Shown here in pieces: positions 18,702-28,022 of a DNA stretch of 56,728 nucleotides. The DNA comes from an uncultured Acidimicrobiaceae bacterium (GTDB lineage Bacteria > Actinomycetota > Acidimicrobiia > Spongiisociales > ZC4RG35). Where the stretch lies: NCBI GenBank assembly GCA_964388105.1, contig CAYLYQ010000008.1, forward strand, positions 1 to 56,728, read 5' to 3'. Numbering within the stretch: position 1 is the first letter of the stretch; each line of letters begins with the position of its first letter. The notes beneath the pieces are model-generated. The model did no database searches. It was not told the origin of the DNA and saw nothing but the letters and a program-made list of their open reading frames with translations. A program made the translations under genes and the position numbers.

Positions 18702-18792
18702 GGAGGGATCGCATAGTCCGGTCTAGTGCGCGGCACTGGAAATGCCGTTGGGGGTTTACGCTCCCTCGAGGGTTCAAATCCCTCTCCCTCCG
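18702..18792 (+). tRNA. tRNA-Ser (anticodon GGA)
   Basis: Acceptor GGAGGGA/TCCCTCC, anticodon loop ctGGAaa, long variable arm, T-arm GAGGGTTCAAATCCCTC. Confidence 0.9.
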
Positions 18793-18823
18793 CGAAGCGG
18801 GGCCTGTTTGGCCCTTGTCCCCT

Positions 18824-18913
18824 GGAGGGGTCGCATAGTCCGGTCTAGTGCGCGGCACTCGAAATGCCGTAGGGGGTTGCACCTCCTCGTGGGTTCGAAT
18901 CCCACCCCCTCCG
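18824..18913 (+). tRNA. tRNA-Ser (anticodon CGA)
   Basis: Acceptor GGAGGGG/CCCCTCC, anticodon loop ctCGAaa, long variable arm, T-arm GTGGGTTCGAATCCCAC. Confidence 0.9.
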
Positions 18914-18932
18914 CTCGACTCCTCGACATCGA

Positions 18933-19020
18933 GGAGGGGTGTCCGAGTGGTCTAAGGAGACGGTCTTGAAAACCGTTGGGCCCTTCACGGGTCTCCTGGG
19001 TTCGAATCCCAGCCCCTCCG
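18933..19020 (+). tRNA. tRNA-Ser (anticodon UGA)
   Basis: Acceptor GGAGGGG/CCCCTCC, anticodon loop ctTGAaa, long variable arm, T-arm CTGGGTTCGAATCCCAG. Confidence 0.9.
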
Positions 19021-19074
19021 CTCCCGGCCAATAGCGTCTCCTCGCCTCGCCTCCCGGATGTACCGTGACCCGCG

Positions 19075-20142
19075 GTGACGAGACTGAGGGATCTGGGGGT
19101 GAGTATCGGCCGGCTGCCGCCTGGCCCGCTCAACGCCATCACTGACGTGCCAGGGGTGAAGGTCGGCCACGCCACGGTGACGAGCGACGAGCCGGCGGTG
19201 CTGAGGACGGGTGTGACCATGGTCATCCCTGCCGACGACGTCTGGTCGAACCACATGTTCGCCGCCTGGCACAACTTCAGCGGCAACGGAGAGATGACCG
19301 GCACACCTTGGATCGACGAGTCGGGATTGCTCGGCTCGCCGATCGGGATCACGAACACCTTCCAGGTGGGTCTGGTCCGCGACTTCCTGGTGAAGAAGGC
19401 CGTCGAGCTGGACGTGGAGGCCGCATTCCATCTACCTGTCGTCGCCGAGACCTGGGACGGCTGGCTCAGCGAGATCGAGAAGTTCGGGGTGACCGAATTG
19501 GACGCCCGGGAGGCGTACGACTCGGCGTCGGGCGGTCCCGTTGCCGAGGGCTGCGTCGGCGGGGGCACCGGCATGATCTGCCACGAGTTCAAGGGGGGGA
19601 TCGGCACCTCGTCCCGAGTGGTCGCCTCCGATCCGAGGACGTTCACGGTGGGGGTGCTGGTGCAGGCGAACTATGGGCGGCGTGAGGATCTCCGCGTCGA
19701 TGGCGTGCCCGTGGGGTCCGTCATCGGCAAAGACCGGGTGCCGTCGGCGTGGGACGAGCCCCCCAACGGCGGCTCGATCATCGTGGTGGTCGCCACGGAT
19801 GCACCACTCCTGCCCGTCCAGTGTCGACGGGTGGCGAAGAGGGTGGCCGTCGGACTTGGCCGGGTGGGCGGCTACGGCCACGACTCGAGCGGTGACCTGT
19901 TCTTGGTGTTCTCGACCGGGAATCGCCTGCCGGCCAAAGCGCCGGGGCCCCACATGGTCTCCGCGCTGTCATCGAACGAGATGGATCCGATCTTCCACGC
20001 CGCGGCCGATGCCACCGAAGAGGCCATCCTCAATGCTCTTTGCGCCGCGGAGACCACGACGGGCAGGCTGGGTCGAGTCGCTCATGCCATCCCGTACGAC
20101 CTACTCGTCGACGCTCTGTCGGCGACCGGTGGCTCTCGCTGA
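19075..20142 (+). CDS. P1 (DmpA/BapA, formerly S58) family aminopeptidase
   Basis: N-terminus RLPPGPLNAITDVPGVKVGH. Autoprocessing-type site PNGGSIIVVVATDAPL. GTG start. Confidence 0.8.
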   Translation: MTRLRDLGVSIGRLPPGPLNAITDVPGVKVGHATVTSDEPAVLRTGVTMVIPADDVWSNHMFAAWHNFSGNGEMTGTPWIDESGLLGSPIGITNTFQVGLVRDFLVKKAVELDVEAAFHLPVVAETWDGWLSEIEKFGVTELDAREAYDSASGGPVAEGCVGGGTGMICHEFKGGIGTSSRVVASDPRTFTVGVLVQANYGRREDLRVDGVPVGSVIGKDRVPSAWDEPPNGGSIIVVVATDAPLLPVQCRRVAKRVAVGLGRVGGYGHDSSGDLFLVFSTGNRLPAKAPGPHMVSALSSNEMDPIFHAAADATEEAILNALCAAETTTGRLGRVAHAIPYDLLVDALSATGGSR

Positions 20143-20198
20143 TCGTCGTCGAGAGCCGTACGCTGTACCTGTCACGGGTCGCCTGATCCCGAGACGCT

Positions 20199-20292
<94 letters not shown>

Positions 20293-20349
20293 CCAGCATC
20301 GGTCGAACCGGGCGCGTAAGGTTCCTGTGAGCCGACAACGGGAGGCGAC

Positions 20350-20829
20350 ATGGGGGCTTCACCCGCACGCCAGGACGATTCGGTCCTCGGAGCGTTCATC
20401 GCATGGGCTGCTTGCGGCCTGCTGTGGTTCTTCTCCTACCTGGGAGCCTTTTCGGTAGGAGGCGTGATCTTGATACCGGCGGTCCTTCTCACGGTCCTGT
20501 TGGCCACGAAGGCGATGCCCACTCGCTGGCGTCCCGTGGTCTGGGTCGCCTTCGGCGCGTGGGTGGTTTGGTGGCTCTTGGTCGTGGCCGGGCCGGCCAG
20601 GGTCTCCGCCGATTGGATGCTCGGTGCCGGGGTCGGGTTCTTGCTCCTCGCCCTCGGCTCCCTCCCCGGCTCCCTGGGCTTGCCGTTCGGAGCCGGGGTG
20701 ACGGCCTTCTTTGCCGGTCTCGGGTTGGAAACGGGCACGGCCATGACCTGGATCGGGCTGGCGGTGGCCGTCGCCGCTCTCGTCGTCTGGCTGATGCGCC
20801 GTCCTCGGACGTTGGAGACGACGAGCTAG
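20350..20829 (+). CDS. hypothetical membrane protein (about 5 TM helices)
   Basis: Hydrophobic, Trp-rich helices. No recognisable motif. Confidence 0.55.
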   Translation: MGASPARQDDSVLGAFIAWAACGLLWFFSYLGAFSVGGVILIPAVLLTVLLATKAMPTRWRPVVWVAFGAWVVWWLLVVAGPARVSADWMLGAGVGFLLLALGSLPGSLGLPFGAGVTAFFAGLGLETGTAMTWIGLAVAVAALVVWLMRRPRTLETTS

Positions 20830-22490
20830 CCCACCGAGCTGATCCACTCCTCGACGGTGTCACTGAGCAGAGGCAACGGCATCGCGCCGTGCGTGAGCAT
20901 CTGGTCGTGGAACCCCTTGATGTCGAACCGGGCTCCGAGGGACTCCTCGGCGTGACGGCGGAGGCGGGAGATCTCCAACTGGCCGATCTTGTACGACACC
21001 GCCTGGCCTGCCATCCCGATGTAACGGTCGATCTCCTGGGCGATGGTGAGCTGCCCGATCGGCGTCCATTCGCTGAGGAAGTCGATGGCCTGCTGTCGCG
21101 TCCAACCGAGGGCGTGCATCCCCGTGTCGGTGACCAGCCGGCCGGCGCGCCAGGCATCGGCGCTGATCATTCCCAGACGGTCGGTGGGACCGCTGTACAA
21201 GCCCATCTCGTCGGCGAGGCGCTCCGAGTAGAGGCCCCACCCCTCGGTGTGCGCGAACACCGCGGCGTACCGACGGAAGGTGGGTATCCCTTCCAGCTCC
21301 GCGGCCAGGGAACGGTCGAAGTGGTGTCCAGGCACCGCCTCGTGGAAATGAATGGACTCGTACTCGAACCGGTCCCTTTCCTCGGGGCGGTAGGTGTTGA
21401 GGAAGTAGGTGCCGGGCCGGGAGCGGTCGATGGGTGGCATCAGGTAATAGGCGGGGGGCATGGCCGGCGCCTGTGCGGCCGGGACGGGGACCACGTTGCA
21501 GACGGTCTCGGGCCGCGCCCCGAACCAGTCGTCGACGGCGGCCCAGGCTCGGTCGATGGCGGAGCGGGCGTGCTCCAGCATCTCCTCCTCGGAGCCGAAG
21601 CGCAGGGAAGGGTCGGAATGGAGCCGCTCGAACACCTCGTCCTTCGATGCCGCCCCGAACGCGTCCCGGCCGATCTCGACCCACTCGGCGGCGTTTATCT
21701 CGGTTGCCCAGAGTTGGCCGGTGGCGTGAATCTCCTGAGGTGTGATGTCCAACTGCGTGTACTTCTTCAGCAATGCGGCATAGATCTCTTCCCCTCCCTC
21801 CATCCACACCAACCCGCACCTGTCGTCGGATCGGGCGAGCGGTGCCACATAGGTCCGGATGCCATCGGCGTACGCCGCGACGGCGGGACGGATGACATCG
21901 GTGACGAGGGCCTCCGCCTTCTGACGCCAATCGGAGCCGTCGCCGGGGACCTTCAGCGCAAGGAACGGATCGGTGTCGAGCGGTGATCCCACATAAGAGT
22001 CGAGCTGACCGAGGACGCGATTGACGGGAGCCAAGGCCGGGGTCATTCCCGCCGCCACGTTGGTCCGGTGGAAGTCGAGCGCGCCTTCTAGATACTCCGG
22101 CACGCTCTCATACCGCCTCAGAAGCAGGTCGGCCTGGACGGCCTCAACCACTGTGTTCTGGCGGGTGTCGCCGAGGATCCGGGTGTGCGGGCCGAGAAAA
22201 GGGTCGATCGGAGCGACCAGGTACCGGGTGTGGATCTCCGCCGCCAGCGTCGACGCCTCGTAGATCAGCAGTTCCCTCGTGATCCGCTCCTGAGTGCTGA
22301 GGTCGGAGGTGTTGAGCCGTCGGGCTGCTTCGGCCAGGCCGGCGAACTTCGATTCGATCTCGCCGAGCCAATCGCCGTCGAACCGGCGCAGTCGGTCGTC
22401 GTAGTCGTGGACCCCGGCCACCGTGGCGGTCGTGGGCGAGTACTCGTTACGTGTGTCCCAGTAGCGGTCGGCGAGGTCGCTCAGCGTCAT
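20826..22490 (-). CDS. DUF885-family (metallopeptidase-like) protein
   Basis: HEXXH-type site HFHEAVPGHH and overall DUF885-like sequence. ATG 22490. The upstream extension is rejected. Confidence 0.75.
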   Translation of the reverse strand: MTLSDLADRYWDTRNEYSPTTATVAGVHDYDDRLRRFDGDWLGEIESKFAGLAEAARRLNTSDLSTQERITRELLIYEASTLAAEIHTRYLVAPIDPFLGPHTRILGDTRQNTVVEAVQADLLLRRYESVPEYLEGALDFHRTNVAAGMTPALAPVNRVLGQLDSYVGSPLDTDPFLALKVPGDGSDWRQKAEALVTDVIRPAVAAYADGIRTYVAPLARSDDRCGLVWMEGGEEIYAALLKKYTQLDITPQEIHATGQLWATEINAAEWVEIGRDAFGAASKDEVFERLHSDPSLRFGSEEEMLEHARSAIDRAWAAVDDWFGARPETVCNVVPVPAAQAPAMPPAYYLMPPIDRSRPGTYFLNTYRPEERDRFEYESIHFHEAVPGHHFDRSLAAELEGIPTFRRYAAVFAHTEGWGLYSERLADEMGLYSGPTDRLGMISADAWRAGRLVTDTGMHALGWTRQQAIDFLSEWTPIGQLTIAQEIDRYIGMAGQAVSYKIGQLEISRLRRHAEESLGARFDIKGFHDQMLTHGAMPLPLLSDTVEEWISSVG

Positions 22491-22509
22491 GACGCGACCG
22501 TACCCGGCG

Positions 22510-23184
22510 CTACCCGTCGCTGGGGACGAATCGATAGCCCATGCCCCGCACCGTCTCGATGCGCTCCTTGCCCAGTTTGCGACGCAGGTAGCCGACGTAA
22601 ACGTCGACCACGTTCGAGCTTGGGTCGAAGTCGTACCCCCACACATGGGAGAGGAGTTGTTGGCGGGACAACACCTGGCCGGGGTGGCGCAGGAAGGTCT
22701 CCAGCATCGTGTACTCCTTGGCCGACAGCTCCATCTCCTTGTCGCCGACCCGGGCTCGACGGGTGCGGATGTCGATGGCGACGTCGCCCGACTCGATGAC
22801 GTTGGTGTCCTGAGCCTCTGACGACTGGTCCCGAAGGCGGATCTTGACCCGGGCGAGCAGTTCCTCGAACCGGAACGGCTTGGTGACGTAGTCGTCCGCC
22901 CCGCCTTCCAGCCCGGCCACGGTGTCGGTGACCCCGGTTCGGGCGGTGAGGATGATGACGGGCAGCCTCTCGCCGCGCCCGCGGATCTCTGCGAGGACCT
23001 CGTGGCCGTCGCGGCGCGGGAGCCCGAGGTCGAGTATCACCAGGTCGAAGTCCTCGTCCCGGGCGGCGTGGGCGGCGGTCAGGCCGTCTTCCACGACCAG
23101 CGTCGTGTATCCGGCGGCCTTGAGGCCCTTTTCCAGGAAGGATGCGATGCCCGGCTCGTCCTCGGCGATCAGGATTCGGGCCAC
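22510..23184 (-). CDS. OmpR-family response regulator
   Basis: Receiver domain (DLVILDLGLP, KPF) plus a winged-helix output domain (LSAKEYTMLETFLRHPGQVLSRQQLLSHVWG). Confidence 0.9.
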   Translation of the reverse strand: MARILIAEDEPGIASFLEKGLKAAGYTTLVVEDGLTAAHAARDEDFDLVILDLGLPRRDGHEVLAEIRGRGERLPVIILTARTGVTDTVAGLEGGADDYVTKPFRFEELLARVKIRLRDQSSEAQDTNVIESGDVAIDIRTRRARVGDKEMELSAKEYTMLETFLRHPGQVLSRQQLLSHVWGYDFDPSSNVVDVYVGYLRRKLGKERIETVRGMGYRFVPSDG

Positions 23185-24605
23185 GAGCTCTCCTCGATGG
23201 GGGCCGCGGGCAGGTTGAGGGTGAATCTCGTCCTTCCCGGCCGGGATTCGAGATCGATGGTCCCGCCGTGGCCCTCGACGATCGCGCGGACGATGGACAG
23301 GCCGAGGCCCGCCCCGGACGTCGTGCGGCGTGAACCCGACCCCCGATAGAACCTCTCGAACAAGTGCTCTGTGACCTCCTCCGGCACGCCCGGACCGTCG
23401 TCCTCCACCCAGATTCGCACGCGCGACCCGTCCAAGGTGCCGCCCATGGTCACCGAGACGTCGTCGCCCCCATGCTCGACAGAGTTGCGGACGAGGTTGG
23501 TGACGGCCTGCGTGAGTCGCTGGGGGTCGCCGACGAACACCCCGGGATCGGCCACGACGACCCGCACTTCGCGCCCGATGAGACCGGTGACCTTGACCTT
23601 CATATCGCCCATGAAGTCGGCGAGGTCGATCGGGTGGGCCTCCACGAACTCCGGGGTGTCCGATCGGGCCAGGATGAGCAAGTCGTCGACGATCCGCGAC
23701 ATGCGGTCGAGCTCGCTGTTGACGATCTCCATTGCATGCTTCCGCTCCTCGGGGTCGTCTCCCGCCAGCTCCAGCTGCCCGCGGATCACGGTGATGGGCG
23801 TGCGGAGCTCGTGCCCGGCGTCATCCACGAAGCGGCGCTGAGTGGCGAACGACTCCTCGAGACGATCGAGCATCTCGTTGAAGGTGCTGGCGAGGCGGCC
23901 GATCTCGTTGTCGCTGTCCACCGGGATGCGCTGGCTGAGGTCGGTCTCGCTGATGTTCAACGCAGCGTCGGTGACGAGGCGCACGGGCCGGAGCACGTCG
24001 CCTGCCGCGATCCAGGCGACGACCGAGGCAAGCACGAAGATCGACCCCAGGACGATCGCTGCGGCTCGAACCATCGAGTTTGCCGCGGCCTGGCGATCCG
24101 CGAGGTAGAAGCCGGCAACGAAGACCCCGCCCGGGTTTCCCGCTTGGTCGAGCAGGGGAACCGCCACGTAACGAAGTGGCCCGTTCTCGGTGTCGACCTG
24201 GTCTCGTATGGGCGCGTCGACTGCGGTCCAGACATCGATCATGTCCGCCGGGATCGGCATGTTGCGCGGACCGGCACGGTGGGGAGCGCCGTCGATGAAA
24301 GTGACCATGATCTCCCCGGCGAGGGGGACGTTGCGGTCGAAATAGACGTCCAGGATGGCCTCGATATCACCGGCGAACGCCTCCCCCGTCTCCGGGTTGA
24401 TCCCGCCCGCGAGGGAGCGGAGCTCCTCGGTCTCCTGATCGAGGAGCGCGTCGGCGTCGCTCACCACCTGGCCGAGGAGGTAGGTCCGCTGGATGAGAAG
24501 CGCCGCGACCAGTGCGAACGCGAGGAGGATCAGGTACCAGCCGAGGATGCGCCAGCGTGCGGAACGGGCGCGGCGTCTGGGCTCGGTGGCGGGTTCGATG
24601 ATCAT
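23169..24605 (-). CDS. sensor histidine kinase (2 TM, periplasmic loop, HAMP, HisKA, HATPase)
   Basis: H-box DAGHELRTPIT, N-box NLVRNSVEH, G-boxes DDGPGV and GAGLGLSIV. 16-nt overlap with the regulator gene. Confidence 0.9.
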   Translation of the reverse strand: MIIEPATEPRRRARSARWRILGWYLILLAFALVAALLIQRTYLLGQVVSDADALLDQETEELRSLAGGINPETGEAFAGDIEAILDVYFDRNVPLAGEIMVTFIDGAPHRAGPRNMPIPADMIDVWTAVDAPIRDQVDTENGPLRYVAVPLLDQAGNPGGVFVAGFYLADRQAAANSMVRAAAIVLGSIFVLASVVAWIAAGDVLRPVRLVTDAALNISETDLSQRIPVDSDNEIGRLASTFNEMLDRLEESFATQRRFVDDAGHELRTPITVIRGQLELAGDDPEERKHAMEIVNSELDRMSRIVDDLLILARSDTPEFVEAHPIDLADFMGDMKVKVTGLIGREVRVVVADPGVFVGDPQRLTQAVTNLVRNSVEHGGDDVSVTMGGTLDGSRVRIWVEDDGPGVPEEVTEHLFERFYRGSGSRRTTSGAGLGLSIVRAIVEGHGGTIDLESRPGRTRFTLNLPAAPIEESSWPES

Positions 24606-24618
24606 GGAGCGTAGAAAG

Positions 24619-24642
24619 GAGGGCCGCCCTAGAGCGGCCCTC
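24619..24642 (-). terminator. candidate intrinsic terminator after the heptose operon
   Basis: A 9-bp GC stem GAGGGCCGC/GCGGCCCTC with a 6-nt loop lies 32 nt after the stop at 24674. On the minus strand it is followed by CTTTCTAC, a weak U-tract. Confidence 0.45.
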
Positions 24643-24673
24643 GAGGCCGAAGCGTCCAGTTCAGGGAGATGAT

Positions 24674-25969
24674 CTATGAAGCCCTGACCGGTGGGCAGAC
24701 CCGGGTCTGCTCCTGCCAGAGGCGATCGACCAACCGCCCCTCTGGAAGCTCGACGTCATCGAAGGTCAACAGCGAGTCCTTGCTTACGGCCCGTGTGAGG
24801 CGGGCCCCCTCCGCGAGTCCCATGGGAAGCAGACCCTCCTCGGCGACCTGGCTGGCGTTGGCGCACTGACCGTAGGTCATGTAGAAGCCGATCCCGTCGA
24901 TCACCTCGCCGGCCTCGAGGTCCTTCTTGGCGGTCGCCACGACATCGACCACATGTCCCACGTCCGGAGTCACCGTGGGGTCATGGTGGTCGACTGCCCG
25001 CGCGATCGATCTCGGTGCCTCCAGGTGGCACAGGTGATAAGGGGTGTAGAAGAGATAGAGCGGGCCGTCTCCGAGCTTGTACAGCTCCAGCCATCTCCGT
25101 TGGAAGGGCTCGTCGGTGGTGCCCAGGCAGAAGACCCCGGGTGCGGGTTCGGCACCCACCAGGTAATCGACCAAACCCACTTCCAAGAGCTCGTCGACGT
25201 CGTAGAGCGACGCGGCCTCGGACACATGGTTCGCCTCGTACCCGTAGAGGCCGACCCTGCCGGCCCTCAATCCGGTGGCGTTGGCAACCAATGACATCTC
25301 GAAGCTCATCTTGGTCCCGTCGGCAAAGCTCGCCGCCATGTTCGGGGTGAGGCCTTTTCGAGTCGCAAAGTCGATTTGGGTCGTGTAGTTCCGATACGGG
25401 TCGTGGAGCCCCTTCAGGTTGCCGAGCAGGACGGGTCGCACCCCCAGCGACGAGGTGAAGTGGTACAAGTTCATCATCACTCCGGGTTGGTCCCCCTCGG
25501 AGTCGGTCAGGATGACGCCGGCATCGTCGGCGTAGCGCTTGAGGATGGGGCCGACGGTTCCCTGCATCTCGGCGTTCATCGTCACCAGGTGCTTGCTCTC
25601 CTCGATGGCCCGCATCGCGATATGGCAGCCGAACTCCACCGCGCCTGTGACTTCCCAGACGACGTCGATGCCTGCGGCTCCGCATGCCATCTCGGCGTCG
25701 GCCGTCACTGCGGGCTGGCCATCCTGGATGGCGGCGTCCAACTGCTCGAGGTCGGTGACGAGGCGAGGGTTGTCCACTCCTGCTTCGGCATAGACGCTGA
25801 CGGCGTTCTCGGCGGTGCGATTGGCTATCACCGAGATCTCCATTCCGGGTACGTGCCTGGTGACCTGATAGGCGAGCGCACGGCCCATGGCACCCGCACC
25901 CACGAGGAGGATCTTTATGGGGTCGCCTTCCTCCTCCCGGCGTCGCAGGGCGCGATCGACGAGTGTCAT
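24674..25969 (-). CDS. NAD(P)-binding oxidoreductase with C-terminal SAF domain (homoserine-dehydrogenase-like, COG4091 type)
   Basis: Rossmann motif ILLVGAGAMGRA. C-terminal SAF-like segment DLEAGEVIDGIGFYMTYG. ATG 25969 overlaps the upstream stop (ATGA). Confidence 0.7.
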   Translation of the reverse strand: MTLVDRALRRREEEGDPIKILLVGAGAMGRALAYQVTRHVPGMEISVIANRTAENAVSVYAEAGVDNPRLVTDLEQLDAAIQDGQPAVTADAEMACGAAGIDVVWEVTGAVEFGCHIAMRAIEESKHLVTMNAEMQGTVGPILKRYADDAGVILTDSEGDQPGVMMNLYHFTSSLGVRPVLLGNLKGLHDPYRNYTTQIDFATRKGLTPNMAASFADGTKMSFEMSLVANATGLRAGRVGLYGYEANHVSEAASLYDVDELLEVGLVDYLVGAEPAPGVFCLGTTDEPFQRRWLELYKLGDGPLYLFYTPYHLCHLEAPRSIARAVDHHDPTVTPDVGHVVDVVATAKKDLEAGEVIDGIGFYMTYGQCANASQVAEEGLLPMGLAEGARLTRAVSKDSLLTFDDVELPEGRLVDRLWQEQTRVCPPVRAS

Positions 25970-26532
25970 CAACGCACCCCCGGCCCGAGGGGGACGGCCA
26001 TTGCGTCGGTGAAGGGAGCCCACGACCTGTCCTTCTCACTCACGACTGTCACCTCAAAGGGCCAGTCGATCTCGAACGCGGGATCGTCATAGCGAAACCC
26101 TCTGCCATGCTCGGGCGAGTAGGGCGCGGTCACCTGATAGGTGAGCTCGGTGTCGTCTTCGAGCGCCTGAAAGCCCTGGGCGAACCCCTCCGGGACGAAG
26201 AGCATTCGGTAATCCCCGGCGCGAAGGGTGGTGCTGTACGCCTGGCGGTAGGTCGGGGATCCCTGCCTGATGTCGATGATGGTGTCGAAGATGGCGCCCC
26301 TGGTGACGCGAAAGAGCTTCGACTCGGCCATCGGGGGAACTTGCCAATGCATGCCCCGCAGCGACCCGGCCCGGCGGCTGAGGATGATGTTGATCTGTGA
26401 GACCGAGCCCGGGAGCGACCTCTCGTTGAATTGCGACGCATCCCAGACCCGTGCGTTGAAGCCCCTCTCGTCCTCGACGGGCTCGATCTGGATCTCGAAC
26501 GCACCCCCGAGTGGCAGCGGTATGAACTCCAC
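25969..26532 (-). CDS. RmlC-like cupin sugar-nucleotide 3,5-epimerase
   Basis: GTG 26532 lies 5 nt after the hddA stop. RmlC-like motifs DERGFN, LRGMHWQ, GAIFDTIIDIR, FVPEGFAQGF. Confidence 0.8.
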   Translation of the reverse strand: MEFIPLPLGGAFEIQIEPVEDERGFNARVWDASQFNERSLPGSVSQINIILSRRAGSLRGMHWQVPPMAESKLFRVTRGAIFDTIIDIRQGSPTYRQAYSTTLRAGDYRMLFVPEGFAQGFQALEDDTELTYQVTAPYSPEHGRGFRYDDPAFEIDWPFEVTVVSEKDRSWAPFTDAMAVPLGPGVR

Positions 26533-26537
26533 TGAGA

Positions 26538-27557
26538 TCAGATGTTGAAGGGAATCGCAACCTGCGACCCGTTGGACTCGTAAGCGACTGGCATCTCTAT
26601 CAACGGGGACAGAGCGTTGCGGACAGCCCGGCGCGCCTTCCGGGGGACGATGAGCATCAAGAATCCGCCGCCGCCCGCCCCGCACAGCTTGCCTCCCAGC
26701 GCCCCTGCGTTGATCGCGGCCTCGTACCAGGCGTCGATCTGCGAGTTGCTGATCCGGCTGGCCAACTTGCGCTTCAACGTCCATCCCTCGTCGAGGATCG
26801 CAGCCAGCTTTTCGACGTCGAACTCGCTGGTCTCCATCAGCCGGCCCAGGTCGTGTGCCTGGTCACGCATCCTGACGAGGATGTCCATCCGATCCTCGAC
26901 GTTCTGCTGTTGCTCCTCGAGGACACCGGACGCGTCCCGTTGGTGGCCTGTCCAGAACATCATCATCGAGTCGAAGAGGCTGTCGAGGTTGTGATTCACA
27001 TGTGATTTGTGCTCGACGGACACGATGCCCTGTGAGTTGAAGGTGAACAGGTTGAGACCGCCGAACGCAGCCGCATACTGGTCCTGCTTGCCGATCGGCT
27101 CGGACAGGATGTCGATCTCGACATGGCTCGCCTCCTCGGCGAGCTGGCCAGGGGACACGCGCTGCCCCTTGAGCATGTGCAGCGCGTTGAGGAGCCCCAC
27201 ACAGAAGGCGCTCGAGCCCCCCAGGCCGGTCGAGGCGGGCACGTCGCCGACCGTCGAGATGAAGATCGGCGGCTCGATGTCGAGGAGTCGGAGGCACTCC
27301 CGAGCGATGTTGTTCTCGATCTCATCGATCGTGTTCACCTCCTCGCTGCGCGAGTAGTTGATCCGGATCGGCTCGAAGAAGAGCTCGGAGTGCGGCTTCA
27401 CCTGGACGTAGACGTACCGGTTGATGGTGGTGGACACGACAGCGCCGGGGTGCTGGCTGAAGAAGGCCGGTAGGTCTGTGCCGCCTCCGGCGAAACTGAC
27501 TCGCAGAGGTGTGCGCGAGATGATGGTTCCCGGCCCCCCGAGACTTGCCTTAGCCAT
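26538..27557 (-). CDS. hddA: GHMP-family D-glycero-alpha-D-manno-heptose 7-phosphate kinase
   Basis: N-terminus RTPLRVSFAGGGTDLP. GHMP motif PASTGLGGSSAF. C-terminal KLCGAGGGGFL. Confidence 0.8.
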   Translation of the reverse strand: MAKASLGGPGTIISRTPLRVSFAGGGTDLPAFFSQHPGAVVSTTINRYVYVQVKPHSELFFEPIRINYSRSEEVNTIDEIENNIARECLRLLDIEPPIFISTVGDVPASTGLGGSSAFCVGLLNALHMLKGQRVSPGQLAEEASHVEIDILSEPIGKQDQYAAAFGGLNLFTFNSQGIVSVEHKSHVNHNLDSLFDSMMMFWTGHQRDASGVLEEQQQNVEDRMDILVRMRDQAHDLGRLMETSEFDVEKLAAILDEGWTLKRKLASRISNSQIDAWYEAAINAGALGGKLCGAGGGGFLMLIVPRKARRAVRNALSPLIEMPVAYESNGSQVAIPFNI

Positions 27558-27999
27558 GCTTCAGGCTCCAGTCGTACGGGATGTCGTTGTCGATCGGGTC
27601 GATGCGGTCCATCTCGTCGGGATCGTGCGGGATGGTGGCGGCATTGGCGAGGATCACCATCTTGTCGCCGTAGGCCTTGTAGCCATTGGCGATGCCAGGT
27701 GGGATCTGCACCAGCACGTAGTTGTCTTCGCCCATGAACACCTCTTGAAGGACACCCTTGGTCGGCGAGTCCTCTCTGAGGTCGTACATGACGAGCTTGG
27801 CCCGACCGCTGATGACAGCGTTGTTGACGAACATCGTCTTGTGTATGTGCCATGCCTTGACCGCACCGGGCCAGGCGCAGGAGAAGTAGATCTCTCCGAA
27901 GCCCAAGAAATGCTCATCGGTCGCCTTGAGCATGTGCATGATCTTCCCGCGCTCGTCGACGATCTGTCGAAGCGGCACGACCTTCACCCCATCGATCAT
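27550..27999 (-). CDS. small RmlC/WxcM-like cupin (putative sugar-nucleotide epimerase/isomerase)
   Basis: Start taken as ATG 27999 (GAGGGGGGA plus 7 nt); GTG 28020 is an alternative. Cupin pattern DERGKIMHML...VKAWHIHK...IPPGIANGY. Confidence 0.7.
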   Translation of the reverse strand: MIDGVKVVPLRQIVDERGKIMHMLKATDEHFLGFGEIYFSCAWPGAVKAWHIHKTMFVNNAVISGRAKLVMYDLREDSPTKGVLQEVFMGEDNYVLVQIPPGIANGYKAYGDKMVILANAATIPHDPDEMDRIDPIDNDIPYDWSLKHG

Positions 28000-28022
28000 T
28001 TCGATGTCCCCCCTCGCCACCC

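Noticed and set aside
18774-19646. 290-aa minus-strand ORF
   Set aside because: It runs antisense through three tRNA-Ser genes and the DmpA-like peptidase. It has no motifs.
20403-21986. 527-aa plus-strand ORF
   Set aside because: It is antisense to the well-supported DUF885 gene. It is Arg/Gly/Pro/Leu-rich with no motifs, which is typical of a high-GC shadow ORF.
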